Shown here: positions 11,283 through 20,556 of the stretch, piece by piece
Layout of the letters: the number at the start of each line of letters is the position of its first letter
How positions within the stretch are numbered: the stretch's first letter is position 1
Source: Gemmatimonadales bacterium UBA7889
Lineage (GTDB): Bacteria; Gemmatimonadota; Gemmatimonadetes; Longimicrobiales; Gaopeijiaceae
Length of the DNA: 64,000 bases
Direction: 5' to 3'
Assembly (NCBI GenBank): GCA_002501085.1
Contig: DLRL01000019.1
Location: forward strand, 31,885-95,884
The notes under the pieces: generated by a model
The model's database searches: none
What the model was told of the DNA's origin: nothing
The model's input: the letters and a program-made list of their open reading frames with translations, nothing else
Program-made: the position numbers and the translations under genes

Positions 11283-11794
11283 AGACAAAGCTCTCCGGGA
11301 AAGCTGCCGATCAGGCAATGACAGAGAGCTGTTGCGACACCGTCCGCGGCATCTGCAGGCTTCGGGGGTTCTTTGAGTTTAAGCTTCTGCTTCACCATGA
11401 AACCAACCTGGTCTTTGGTCGCATTACCACTCCCGACGACAGCTTTCTTGATCTGCCGAGGAGCGTACTCTGCAACAGCAACCTCGTGGAGTGCCGCAGC
11501 CAAGAGAATAGCCCCTCGAGCATGTCCCAGCTTAAGAGCACTCTGGGCGTTCTTACCGTGGAAAACATCCTCGACAGACATTACGAAAGGTTTGTGACGC
11601 ACGATCAAGGCCACAATCGCTTCGTAGATCTCTCGGATCCGGTCCGCGAGAATATGATCAGGTGACGTTCGAATAACACCGCATTCTACAAGGGCAACCG
11701 CACCACCTTCCCCGCGCGCGACTAAGCCATAGCCAGTAACCGCGGTCCCAGGATCAATTCCCAAGACCAAGACTTCGTTGGATTTCTCCGTCAC
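11279..11794 (-). CDS. ruvC: Crossover junction endodeoxyribonuclease RuvC
   Basis: VLGIDPGTAVTGYG and the RNase H-like catalytic layout. It lies upstream of ruvA. Confidence 0.9.
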   Translation of the reverse strand: MTEKSNEVLVLGIDPGTAVTGYGLVARGEGGAVALVECGVIRTSPDHILADRIREIYEAIVALIVRHKPFVMSVEDVFHGKNAQSALKLGHARGAILLAAALHEVAVAEYAPRQIKKAVVGSGNATKDQVGFMVKQKLKLKEPPKPADAADGVATALCHCLIGSFPGELCL

Positions 11795-12537
11795 ATCGCC
11801 TCTGCGATGATGTCCTCATCAATATCTGCATTCGAGTGAACCTTCTGCACGTCATCCAACTCCTCTAACATTTCAAGAAGCTTGAGCATCTTCTCCGCGT
11901 CCCGCCCGGTTACCGCAACTTCATTCTTAGCAATTCGAGTGAGTTCAACCGAAGTCGGCTTAATTCCTGCTTCCTTCATTCCATCCTGGACAGTCATGAA
12001 ATCAGCAGCTTCCGTAGTCAATATGAATTCATCCTCATCTGCAATCACATCTTCAGCACCCGCTTCTATCGCTACTTCAAATAAGGAATCCTCATCGTAC
12101 TGTCCCGCATCAATCACGATTTGGCCTTTACGGTCAAATTGCCACGCAACCGAGCCGTCTGTCCCCAAGCTACCATCGTATTTAGTTAGTGCGTGACGTA
12201 CCGCTGCTACAGTACGATTTGTATTGTCCGTAAGGCACTCGATGAAAAGTGCCACCCCACCGGGCCCATATCCTTCGTAAGCGACCTCTTCATAATTGAC
12301 ACCTTCGAGTTCACCCGTGCCCTTCTTGATTGCTCGCTCGATATTCTCAGCCGGCATGCTCGCAGCCCGGGCCGTATCGACCGCAAGCCTAAGGCGGGCG
12401 TTGTAATCCGGCTCTCCTCCCCCATCTCGTGCTGCCACGGTGATCTCACGTATTAGCTTGGTGAAAAGTGCGCCGCGTTTTGCATCATTGACGCCTTTCT
12501 TCCGCTTAATCTTTGACCACTTGTTATGGCCAGCCAC
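11791..12537 (-). CDS. yebC: YebC/PmpR-family transcriptional regulator
   Basis: MAGHNKWSKIKRKKG...NIERAIKKG signature. It is coupled to ruvC by a 4-nt overlap. Confidence 0.9.
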   Translation of the reverse strand: MAGHNKWSKIKRKKGVNDAKRGALFTKLIREITVAARDGGGEPDYNARLRLAVDTARAASMPAENIERAIKKGTGELEGVNYEEVAYEGYGPGGVALFIECLTDNTNRTVAAVRHALTKYDGSLGTDGSVAWQFDRKGQIVIDAGQYDEDSLFEVAIEAGAEDVIADEDEFILTTEAADFMTVQDGMKEAGIKPTSVELTRIAKNEVAVTGRDAEKMLKLLEMLEELDDVQKVHSNADIDEDIIAEAM

Positions 12538-12704
12538 TAAACCTCCATTTGTTCGTTATCGCTCATTTTCAGTCATGACACTTGAAGGTATGTGAGCGTG
12601 GACAGACGGACTAACGTTCCAGAACTTCTTGCGATCTAACACTGAAGTACATCGTGCCTGACGTAGCCCAGGAACATTCAATTTACTGACCTTAACAAAA
12701 AGAG

Positions 12705-13619
12705 TTAACGACCAAGTGGGGTAGCATCACCATCTTCTAGGCCAAGAGCCCATCGTATACCACCTATGAGATGTGTGCGGAATACGGGGTCATTGCTCCA
12801 AATATCGTCGCGGTGACCAAGTGAGGTGTAGAACGAGCGCCCTTTCCCAAAGTCTTGAACCCAAGACTGAGGATAATCACCCCCTAATTCAATCTCTTCT
12901 AACCCAGAGATGTCAGTAGCCTCAGTATCAATACTAAGTAGTACACGTACGCTATTACGCGAGAAGCCGATCGGTATGCGATTACCGAAGAGTATATCCA
13001 CATTTTCTTCTGGCCGATCTTCATGCCAAGAGGAAGTACCGAACTGGTAAAACTCATCCACGATCGGCCAACTCGCACCCAACATTTTCGTCGCTGGATG
13101 CTCTAAGTCTTCTACCGTTAGTACGACAATATGGTTCTGGCTAACCGTCCTACGAAAATACGCACCCAGCATCTCACCGAATTCAGGATAGTTGTAGAGG
13201 GTTAAGGAAGCGTTATGGACACCAATAAAACCACCTCCATTCCTTACGAAATCTATCAGCGCTTTCTTCTGTGAATCCTCGAGTGGGAGATTCCCATTCG
13301 TCATCATCATCAACCCATCAAACTGCGCCAAGTAATCGGGTGTGATCATCGACAAGTCGAGCGCTTGCTGATCCTGCAGATAACCCTGGAGAGTAGTGAG
13401 TTCATAACCCGCGGCAGGACCCCAAGAAGCAAGCGCTTCCTCGGCTGGCTCAAGGCTCGTGTGTTTATAGAGCCCAGCATGCGTAAGAAAAAGCAGTTTC
13501 TTAGGAGCTTCCTGCTGGAGTTCTTGCAGGGACGGAGACCGACCGACTACCTCGTTCGTGAGTAGCAAAAAGCTCAGGCTGGTAATCCCTATCAATGTAA
13601 GGTTCAAGGCGAACCTCAT
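12705..13619 (-). CDS. Exported ThuA-like (trehalose-utilisation, GATase1-like) domain protein
   Basis: Signal peptide, then KKLLFLTHAGLYKH...GGGFIGVHNA...HPATKML...VDEFYQF, matching the ThuA family pattern. Confidence 0.75.
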   Translation of the reverse strand: MRFALNLTLIGITSLSFLLLTNEVVGRSPSLQELQQEAPKKLLFLTHAGLYKHTSLEPAEEALASWGPAAGYELTTLQGYLQDQQALDLSMITPDYLAQFDGLMMMTNGNLPLEDSQKKALIDFVRNGGGFIGVHNASLTLYNYPEFGEMLGAYFRRTVSQNHIVVLTVEDLEHPATKMLGASWPIVDEFYQFGTSSWHEDRPEENVDILFGNRIPIGFSRNSVRVLLSIDTEATDISGLEEIELGGDYPQSWVQDFGKGRSFYTSLGHRDDIWSNDPVFRTHLIGGIRWALGLEDGDATPLGR

Positions 13620-13740
13620 GATACACCTCCACTGAGTCGCGTTAGGCAGGTTAGCCCCAAATGGCCAAGATGAGCTTTTCCTAGGGCCGCGCCAGACAAT
13701 CCCTTTTGGGAACCTGCTAGCCTTGACACTCTAACATACC

Positions 13741-15672
13741 ATGGGAACGTTCTCCCAATACCATCTCCTGGAGGCCAACATTCGCCGGCTCTTCTTAATC
13801 TTACTATTTATGGGGATTGGACCCTCGGTCAAATGCCAAGACGTCGATTGGCCAGTCTACGGGGGTGATCCCGGGGGAATGAAGTACTCCGCGCTAACGC
13901 AGATCGACCGGGAGAGCGTCACTGGCCTCGAGGTCGCCTGGACCTGGGATGCAAAAGAGCAGCCAGTGGCGGGTTCCAGTTTGGCATTCAGGGGTGAACG
14001 TGTCCGACCTGGACGCTTCGAAGCCACTCCCATCGTCATCAACGACACTATGTATGTGAGTACACCGTATAGTCGTGTCGTCGCTCTCAATGCACGCACT
14101 GGGGAAGAGTACTGGAGCTACGACCCGCGTGCGTACAGCTGGGGACAGTTGCCTCGTAACTGCGGCTTCTGCCACCGTGGCGTCGCGATGTGGAGCGACG
14201 GAAATCAGAGGCGGATTTTCATCAATAGTCGTTGGCACTTGATCGCATTGGATGCGGCAACGGGACAGCCAATTGAATCTTTCGGAGTAGGCGGGAAGAT
14301 TGATCTCACTGAAGGGCTAATCTGGGAAATCAACAAACTCCACTACACGAATACCTCACCCCCAGTCATCTGGAATGACCTAGTCATCCTCGGAAGCGGG
14401 ATGCCGGATGATCGGGTATATCGCCGTAACCCTCCAGGGGACATTCAGGCGTTCGATGTACGGACAGGCACACAAGTCTGGTCTTTCCACACGATTCCAC
14501 AGCCCGGTGAATTGGGCAATGACACCTGGGAGGACGAATCCTGGTCTTACACGGGCTCCACAAACGTATGGGCCCCCTTCACGGTCGATAGAGAACGCGG
14601 CCTCGTGTACCTACCCGTTGGTACTCCCAATGGTGACTACTACGGCGGGCACCGAAAGGGCTACAACCTATTTGCAGAGTCTCTCTTATGCTTAGACGCC
14701 CGAACCGGTGAGCGTGTCTGGCACTTTCAGACCGTACATCACGGGATCTGGGACTATGACCCACCAGCCCCCCCGAATCTTGTAACGATAGAAGTGGATG
14801 GCCATGTCATCGATGCGGTAGCTCTAATTACCAAATCTGGCTTCACGTTTGTCTTCGATCGGGTGACAGGGGAGCCTGTGTGGCCAATCGAAGAACGTCA
14901 GGTCTCCGTAAGTGACGTGCCTGGTGAGCGCACTGCCCCTGCGCAGCCCTTCCCGACTAAGCCCGCTCCGTTCGCTAGGCAGGGTTTCACACTAGATGAT
15001 GTGATCGACTTCACTCCGGAAATAAAAGCGGAAGCGATAGAACTGCTTGGGTCTTACCGCCTAGGCCCACTCTTCACACCTCCATCTTTGGAGGGAACGG
15101 TTACAATGCCCAGTGCAACTGGGGCAGCAGGCTGGGGCGGAGCAGCATTCGATCCTAGGACGAATGTGCTCTATATCCCGAGTAAGGATCGCCCACTAGT
15201 CCATCAACTGGTAGAACCTGAGCCAGGTACTGCAGATGCAAACTATGTGCAACGTTTACGGGGACTAACGGTCTCGGGACTTCCGATCCTAAAACCTCCT
15301 TACGGCACACTTACAGCGATCGATTTGAATTCTGGCGAGCACCTATGGCAGGTTCCACTCGGTGATCAGCCAGGAATCCGAAACCACCCTATGCTCGCCG
15401 GTCTGAAGTTGCCCCAATTGGGGCGCATGGGTAACGCCGGTCCCCTCATCACAGCTGGGGGACTTGTTTTCCTGAGTGGGTATAACCCCCAACTCTACGC
15501 AGTGCATAGTGGCACAGGTGAAACCATTTGGGAGGGTGACCTCCTAGGCAATGAAGGCACAGCGAACCCGATGACATATGAAACAAGCAATGGGAAACAA
15601 TTCATCGTGATTGGCGTAACCGGCTCCAACTCAGACCGAGGCCTCATAGCGTTTGCTCTACCAAACGAATAG
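13741..15672 (+). CDS. Exported PQQ-dependent (quinoprotein) dehydrogenase, glucose/quinate/alcohol DH-like beta-propeller
   Basis: Signal peptide, then DWPVYGGDPGGMKYSALTQI...LEVAWTW. Repeated W-containing propeller blades and GIWDYDPPAPP. It is a paralog of 28007-30025. Confidence 0.85.
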   Translation: MGTFSQYHLLEANIRRLFLILLFMGIGPSVKCQDVDWPVYGGDPGGMKYSALTQIDRESVTGLEVAWTWDAKEQPVAGSSLAFRGERVRPGRFEATPIVINDTMYVSTPYSRVVALNARTGEEYWSYDPRAYSWGQLPRNCGFCHRGVAMWSDGNQRRIFINSRWHLIALDAATGQPIESFGVGGKIDLTEGLIWEINKLHYTNTSPPVIWNDLVILGSGMPDDRVYRRNPPGDIQAFDVRTGTQVWSFHTIPQPGELGNDTWEDESWSYTGSTNVWAPFTVDRERGLVYLPVGTPNGDYYGGHRKGYNLFAESLLCLDARTGERVWHFQTVHHGIWDYDPPAPPNLVTIEVDGHVIDAVALITKSGFTFVFDRVTGEPVWPIEERQVSVSDVPGERTAPAQPFPTKPAPFARQGFTLDDVIDFTPEIKAEAIELLGSYRLGPLFTPPSLEGTVTMPSATGAAGWGGAAFDPRTNVLYIPSKDRPLVHQLVEPEPGTADANYVQRLRGLTVSGLPILKPPYGTLTAIDLNSGEHLWQVPLGDQPGIRNHPMLAGLKLPQLGRMGNAGPLITAGGLVFLSGYNPQLYAVHSGTGETIWEGDLLGNEGTANPMTYETSNGKQFIVIGVTGSNSDRGLIAFALPNE

Positions 15673-15703
15673 CACTCGTGGCTAGCTACACGGACAAAGA
15701 CTC

Positions 15704-17056
15704 CTACCTGCCGCCACCGCCGCCACCACCACCACGGTACGCCGCCATCGCAGCTGCACCTCCTGCTCCACGGAACCTGTTGTTTACAACATTATTGAAG
15801 ATCGAGCCGAATTGAACTGAAAACCCTACAGTGAGCCCATAGTTGAAGTCTGTGGCTCTCGTGCGAAGTCTCAGGAGGGCTTCCTCGTCTGTCACGCCAC
15901 CAGCAGATAAATAAATCTGATCGTCGACCCAACCGATATCCCCACGAGCGTTTACACTGAACCCTCTCACAATCCTAAAGTCCACATCGCCACGGAGTGA
16001 AACGTTGTGACGGTCAATATCGTGAAGGTAGTGCGATGCTCGAACGGTGATTCCGGCATCACCCCAAGGCTGGCGCTGGGAGAGTTCGATCTCCAAAGAG
16101 TGTTCCCACTTGGTCTCTTCTAATTGTCCGAATACGGTCTCCTCGATGTAGTCCCGGTACGCGGGACCAATATTATAGAAGACGGTTAGCGACCGCCTGG
16201 TCGCTTCATCATAGGGGAAGAAACTGTACTCAATTGCAGGTGTTAGTTCAGCCCTGAAGTTTTGGTTGGAACGGGTTGAGCGAGATACTTGGCTCAGGGC
16301 ACCAATCGACCAATTCTCACTCAGTGCATACGTGATCATTTGGCTGAGATTCCAGTCTGTACGCTGATCAGTGAACGTCCCATCCTCTAACTCAAACTCA
16401 ACCCGGTTAAGATTAGCATATCCGAAGAAATTGATCTTCCATGTAGGCGATACGCGGGATGCGGAGAGGCTAGTGTTCAGCCGGACGCTCGAACGAGTTT
16501 CCTCCCCATCTAGGTTGCCACTCCCGTTGAAACGGAAAAACCAGAGGTTCCACGGGTCATCTATTTCTCCCTGCGATACCAAGCGCGCGCCCACCGGACC
16601 TTCAGATGTAATGTCGGAACCCTGGAGTGTGACAATCCCCCGAAACCCAGACTGATTTGCGAAGTTTGCAAGACTAATACCTAGCGCATGTGTAATCCCA
16701 TCCAGCCGTTCTCGGTCAGTATCCGTGGATAATGCTTGAAAAAGGCTTCTGTCCTCATATCCGCCATATTCACCATAGCCGATCAAGTCGACCTGGTATT
16801 CACGACCGCCGGAACCCGTGGTCAGGCTGGTCATGATGACATGAACATCTGCAACCTCACGATCCCGAACCCAATTCACCCAGGTGATCTCGGTACGGTA
16901 GTACTCAGAGTTGCAGTCTCTGCCGTCACAATCGAAGAATACATTGGGTCGAGGATCTGAGGCCTCGCCTTCCACTTGTTGGGTAGAGATAGGAGCCGCT
17001 ATCAGTACAACCCATAAAAGCCCCAAGATTCCGCTGCATTTATGGCTAAGTGGCAT
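15704..17056 (-). CDS. Putative outer-membrane beta-barrel protein with a Gly-rich C-terminal tail
   Basis: Signal peptide from the ATG at 17056 (MPLSHKCSGILGLLWVVLIAAPIS); the ORF-track start at 17143 is a TTG. The C-terminal half has alternating amphipathic strands and ends ...GFSVQFGSIFNNVVNNRF. An extra RGAGGAAAMAAYRGGGGGGGGR follows. No family assignment. Confidence 0.5.
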   Translation of the reverse strand: MPLSHKCSGILGLLWVVLIAAPISTQQVEGEASDPRPNVFFDCDGRDCNSEYYRTEITWVNWVRDREVADVHVIMTSLTTGSGGREYQVDLIGYGEYGGYEDRSLFQALSTDTDRERLDGITHALGISLANFANQSGFRGIVTLQGSDITSEGPVGARLVSQGEIDDPWNLWFFRFNGSGNLDGEETRSSVRLNTSLSASRVSPTWKINFFGYANLNRVEFELEDGTFTDQRTDWNLSQMITYALSENWSIGALSQVSRSTRSNQNFRAELTPAIEYSFFPYDEATRRSLTVFYNIGPAYRDYIEETVFGQLEETKWEHSLEIELSQRQPWGDAGITVRASHYLHDIDRHNVSLRGDVDFRIVRGFSVNARGDIGWVDDQIYLSAGGVTDEEALLRLRTRATDFNYGLTVGFSVQFGSIFNNVVNNRFRGAGGAAAMAAYRGGGGGGGGR

Positions 17057-17145
17057 CGTTGCCTTGTATCTAGTCGGGACAAGTGCGAGTAGGGCGTTAC
17101 CAAAACCGAGACACCCGAGTGGCTCAGTTAGTTGAAACCCCAAAC

Positions 17146-18771
17146 TCAGTTGCTGCCCTGATCCATCAGTTCGGGAGCACGGCGAGACATGACTGCCTGT
17201 TCAAAAATATAGGCATAACCGAGTAAATCACCCTCAGTCCACATGTCCCCGATGAAAGCTAATACGAACGGCGTATTATCCTCATAGTATGCATACGGGA
17301 CAGTCACAACTGGGACCCCAAAGTCATTGATAATGTTACTCGGCAACTCTGGCCAATTATTCGGGTTGTAATCCGGACGGTCTGGATCTTCGACTAGATC
17401 CCGGTTAGGTGCACCCGCCTGGGGGAAAAAAAGAGCATCGAGTTCATAGTCCGCCATTACACTGCGGAAGAGTTCTCTGATCTCCATGCGCCAAGACTGA
17501 AATGCGTCACCCTCCTCTGTAGCACCGGGTCTAGCGGGTGGAGTACGCCTTCTTTCACCCTGCCCACCACGTCCTCTGCCACCACGACCGAATAACTCTC
17601 CCGACAGTTCCTCCCATTCTTCTATACTGTGAAATGCTGCATCCGAGCCAAGGCCTTGGAGGTAGATCTGCCTGTCGTATGCCCCCTGCGATGGGACGCC
17701 CGGTCGCTCGCCGTAGAGCTCTATAAAGGCTGACCCTGCAAATGGATCTTCGATGACCACTGCCCCAAGGTCTGTGAGGGTAGAAATGGCCTCCCGATAA
17801 ACTGTCTCAGTTTTAGGGTCCAAGGGGAGCCAGCGCTCTCGCCAACCCGACCCAACAAGACCAAAACGCTTCCCTTCAATGGCTGCTTCAGCAAGAGCAC
17901 TCGCATATCCGTTTTCTGGGATGTGATCCACCGCGGCGAATGTCGCGAAATCATCTGTTGTCGGACCGGCAATGATATCTAGGGTCACAGCTGCGTCGTA
18001 TACATTTTTTGCCATCGGCCCAACCACATCGACGTAACTCCCGTTGATCGGGTAGACACCTTCTAGTGGAACAAGCCCATATGTTGGTTTTACGCCCACT
18101 AATGCTTGAGCGGATGAGGGATTCTGTATCGATCCTCCGGTCTCAGTCCCCAACCCCAGCACAGCAAAGCTTGCATTGACCGCGGTAGCGGTGCCTCCGC
18201 TAGAGCCACCTGGAGCCTTGGTAACGTTGTAGGGGTTAAGGGTGACACCAGCGACAGAGCTGTTTGTGCGTGTCCCGTGTCCCGCAAAATCAGGAAGATT
18301 TGTCTTGCCAAGAATAATCGCCCCAGCATCACGCAGTCGCTCTACAGCGGCGGCATCGTCGCTAGGAATCATATCGATTCCGCCCATTGCGGTACTGAAA
18401 CCCCAGAACCCCGCGGTCGTCACGAGCCCGCTGTAATCCATGTTGTCCTTAATGACAACCGGAACTCCATGGAGTGGGCCCCTTGGGCCAGAAGAGCGAT
18501 ACTCTTCGTCGAGACGCGCTGCTATGTCTAAAGCCTCGGGGTTCATCGATATGAACGCATTATAGTAGTCCTCGTAGCGATCGATACGCTCGAGAAACGC
18601 CTTGGTCAGGTCCACAGATGTGTACTCCCCAGCGGCGTAAGCTTCCTGGATCGCCTCCGTGGTCAGTTCGACCAAATCAATACCCTGACCAACCAGCATC
18701 CCCGGCCTAAGTAGAGCTAGTAGAACCGAAGCTATGCTAACAAACGACGGTGAGTTCATCATCAGATGCAC
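17146..18771 (-). CDS. Exported amidase (amidase-signature family)
   Basis: Signal peptide, PLHGVPVVIKDN, GGSSGG and TETGGSIQNPS AS-family motifs, with an RGG-rich insert. Confidence 0.85.
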   Translation of the reverse strand: MHLMMNSPSFVSIASVLLALLRPGMLVGQGIDLVELTTEAIQEAYAAGEYTSVDLTKAFLERIDRYEDYYNAFISMNPEALDIAARLDEEYRSSGPRGPLHGVPVVIKDNMDYSGLVTTAGFWGFSTAMGGIDMIPSDDAAAVERLRDAGAIILGKTNLPDFAGHGTRTNSSVAGVTLNPYNVTKAPGGSSGGTATAVNASFAVLGLGTETGGSIQNPSSAQALVGVKPTYGLVPLEGVYPINGSYVDVVGPMAKNVYDAAVTLDIIAGPTTDDFATFAAVDHIPENGYASALAEAAIEGKRFGLVGSGWRERWLPLDPKTETVYREAISTLTDLGAVVIEDPFAGSAFIELYGERPGVPSQGAYDRQIYLQGLGSDAAFHSIEEWEELSGELFGRGGRGRGGQGERRRTPPARPGATEEGDAFQSWRMEIRELFRSVMADYELDALFFPQAGAPNRDLVEDPDRPDYNPNNWPELPSNIINDFGVPVVTVPYAYYEDNTPFVLAFIGDMWTEGDLLGYAYIFEQAVMSRRAPELMDQGSN

Positions 18772-18789
18772 GGTGTAAAATCCGACCCG

Positions 18790-20436
18790 TCAAGAACCAC
18801 CGGGTACGCTGCCCACAGGTACATCCTCTTCAGAGATCGGCCGCGTGCGGATCGTTGGATACTCAATTCCGAGTTGTTCCAGATACGTACTAAAGCGATT
18901 CGAATCGTAGTAATAAGGCCGCATTTCCGGCCGCCATCGTGCCATGATCTCTTCATTGAGCCAGATCGCTGGCTGGTCTGTTGGTGATATGAATGGCGTG
19001 TAGACGGTCTCTGCAGTTTGGACGTCGTTGAAGTAAGTCCATGCCGCCTCAACCGTCTCACCGTCTAGGAAGAGGTCTAGAAGTGTACGCGCCTGAACCC
19101 TAGCCCCTGCGACCGCACCCTTGTGAGCAATCGGAGTCGCCATCGCGATTCCATTTGCCCAGTTATGTCCTGGGCCGCCAGACATATTGGATGGATAACT
19201 CAACGTGACGGTCGGCATGTTCCACGAAACATCTCCGATATCATCGGATCCACCACCAAGGGATTGAGAAAGATCAACCGGCCCCCGTAAAGCACGAATG
19301 GAGTCAGCCAAGCCAGTTACATCTACACCCATCTCTCTCTGGAACGCTTCCGCAAACCGGACATCATCCTCACTCCAGTCCGGCAGTCCAACCGCTTGAA
19401 TGTTCGAGTAAGTGACCTCAGCAACGGGCTTGCTGAAGTGGCGTCCCCAAGCTGCTCCCACCGTCATGATCGTATCGACTTCTGTGCCAGTCATCAGGGC
19501 AGCACCCTCAGCCATCAGGACCGCAGCATCGTACTGCTCTTTTGTGAGCTCATAATCACGCTCTCGGAAATAGAACCAGATTGTAGCAGTCTGAGGAACC
19601 ACATTCGGCTGATCCCCACCCTCAACTATGATATAGTGCGACCTAGCTGCAGGTCTCAGGTGTTCCCGCTTGAACTCCCAACCTTGGGCCATAAGCATAA
19701 TTGCGTCGAGTGCTGACCGGCCTCGCCAGGGTGACCCTGCTGAGTGCGCAGTCTCGCCTGTGAAGCGGAACTGGACGGACCAGAGGGCATTACCGCCTCC
19801 CTGACCCCAGGAAACACCAAAATTATTACCAACGTGAGTGAAAAGGTTTACGTCTACATCTTCGAAGACCCCTTCCCTAACGAAGTAAGCCTTTGAAGCA
19901 ACCTGCTCCTCAGCAACACCAGGCCAGATCAGAAGAGTCCCATTTACTCCTTCGCGTTCCATGAGTTCTTTAACCACGATTGCCGCGACAATATTCACAG
20001 CCTGACCAGAGTTGTGGCCCTCACCATGTCCAGGTGCCATCGACAAAATCGGATCACGATACGCAACGCCAGGCTTCTGGTTGGACTGAGGGATTCCATC
20101 AACATCAGAACCCAAAGCAATCACCGGTTCACCTGAGCCGTTTGACCACGTCGCCGTCCAGGCGCTTGGCATCCCCGCAACTCCCAACTCAATATCGAAA
20201 CCTTCTTCCTCTAGGAGCCCTGTGAGGTACCGCTGAGTCTCGAACTCCTGCATCCCAAGCTCACCAAAAGAGAACAGGTGATCGACAATCTCCTGAGCAA
20301 GCTTCGCCCGATCGCGAATCATCTGCTCTGCCTCTGCCTTAAGGTCCTCGAGTCTTGAGTCCTGTTGAGCCACGAGATTCGGCACGAGCGTTAAAGCTGC
20401 AATCATTACTGCCAACAGAAGAGATACGTGACGCAT
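18790..20436 (-). CDS. Exported M20-family amidohydrolase (AbgB-like), copy 1
   Basis: Signal peptide from the ATG at 20436 (MRHVSLLLAVMIAALTLV). APGHGEGHNSG metal site and ETAHSAGSPWRG. It is a close paralog of 23347-24996. Confidence 0.85.
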   Translation of the reverse strand: MRHVSLLLAVMIAALTLVPNLVAQQDSRLEDLKAEAEQMIRDRAKLAQEIVDHLFSFGELGMQEFETQRYLTGLLEEEGFDIELGVAGMPSAWTATWSNGSGEPVIALGSDVDGIPQSNQKPGVAYRDPILSMAPGHGEGHNSGQAVNIVAAIVVKELMEREGVNGTLLIWPGVAEEQVASKAYFVREGVFEDVDVNLFTHVGNNFGVSWGQGGGNALWSVQFRFTGETAHSAGSPWRGRSALDAIMLMAQGWEFKREHLRPAARSHYIIVEGGDQPNVVPQTATIWFYFRERDYELTKEQYDAAVLMAEGAALMTGTEVDTIMTVGAAWGRHFSKPVAEVTYSNIQAVGLPDWSEDDVRFAEAFQREMGVDVTGLADSIRALRGPVDLSQSLGGGSDDIGDVSWNMPTVTLSYPSNMSGGPGHNWANGIAMATPIAHKGAVAGARVQARTLLDLFLDGETVEAAWTYFNDVQTAETVYTPFISPTDQPAIWLNEEIMARWRPEMRPYYYDSNRFSTYLEQLGIEYPTIRTRPISEEDVPVGSVPGGS

Positions 20437-20556
20437 GGAATTTGTTCTCCGGTGAGTCCTGGGTTCCAAGGGAGCGATACGAATGCCATCCTCGCTTGTC
20501 TTGGGCAAGTGGCCACGAGAAGATTGCTAGGCTTTTCCTCGTACGGAGCTACATCT

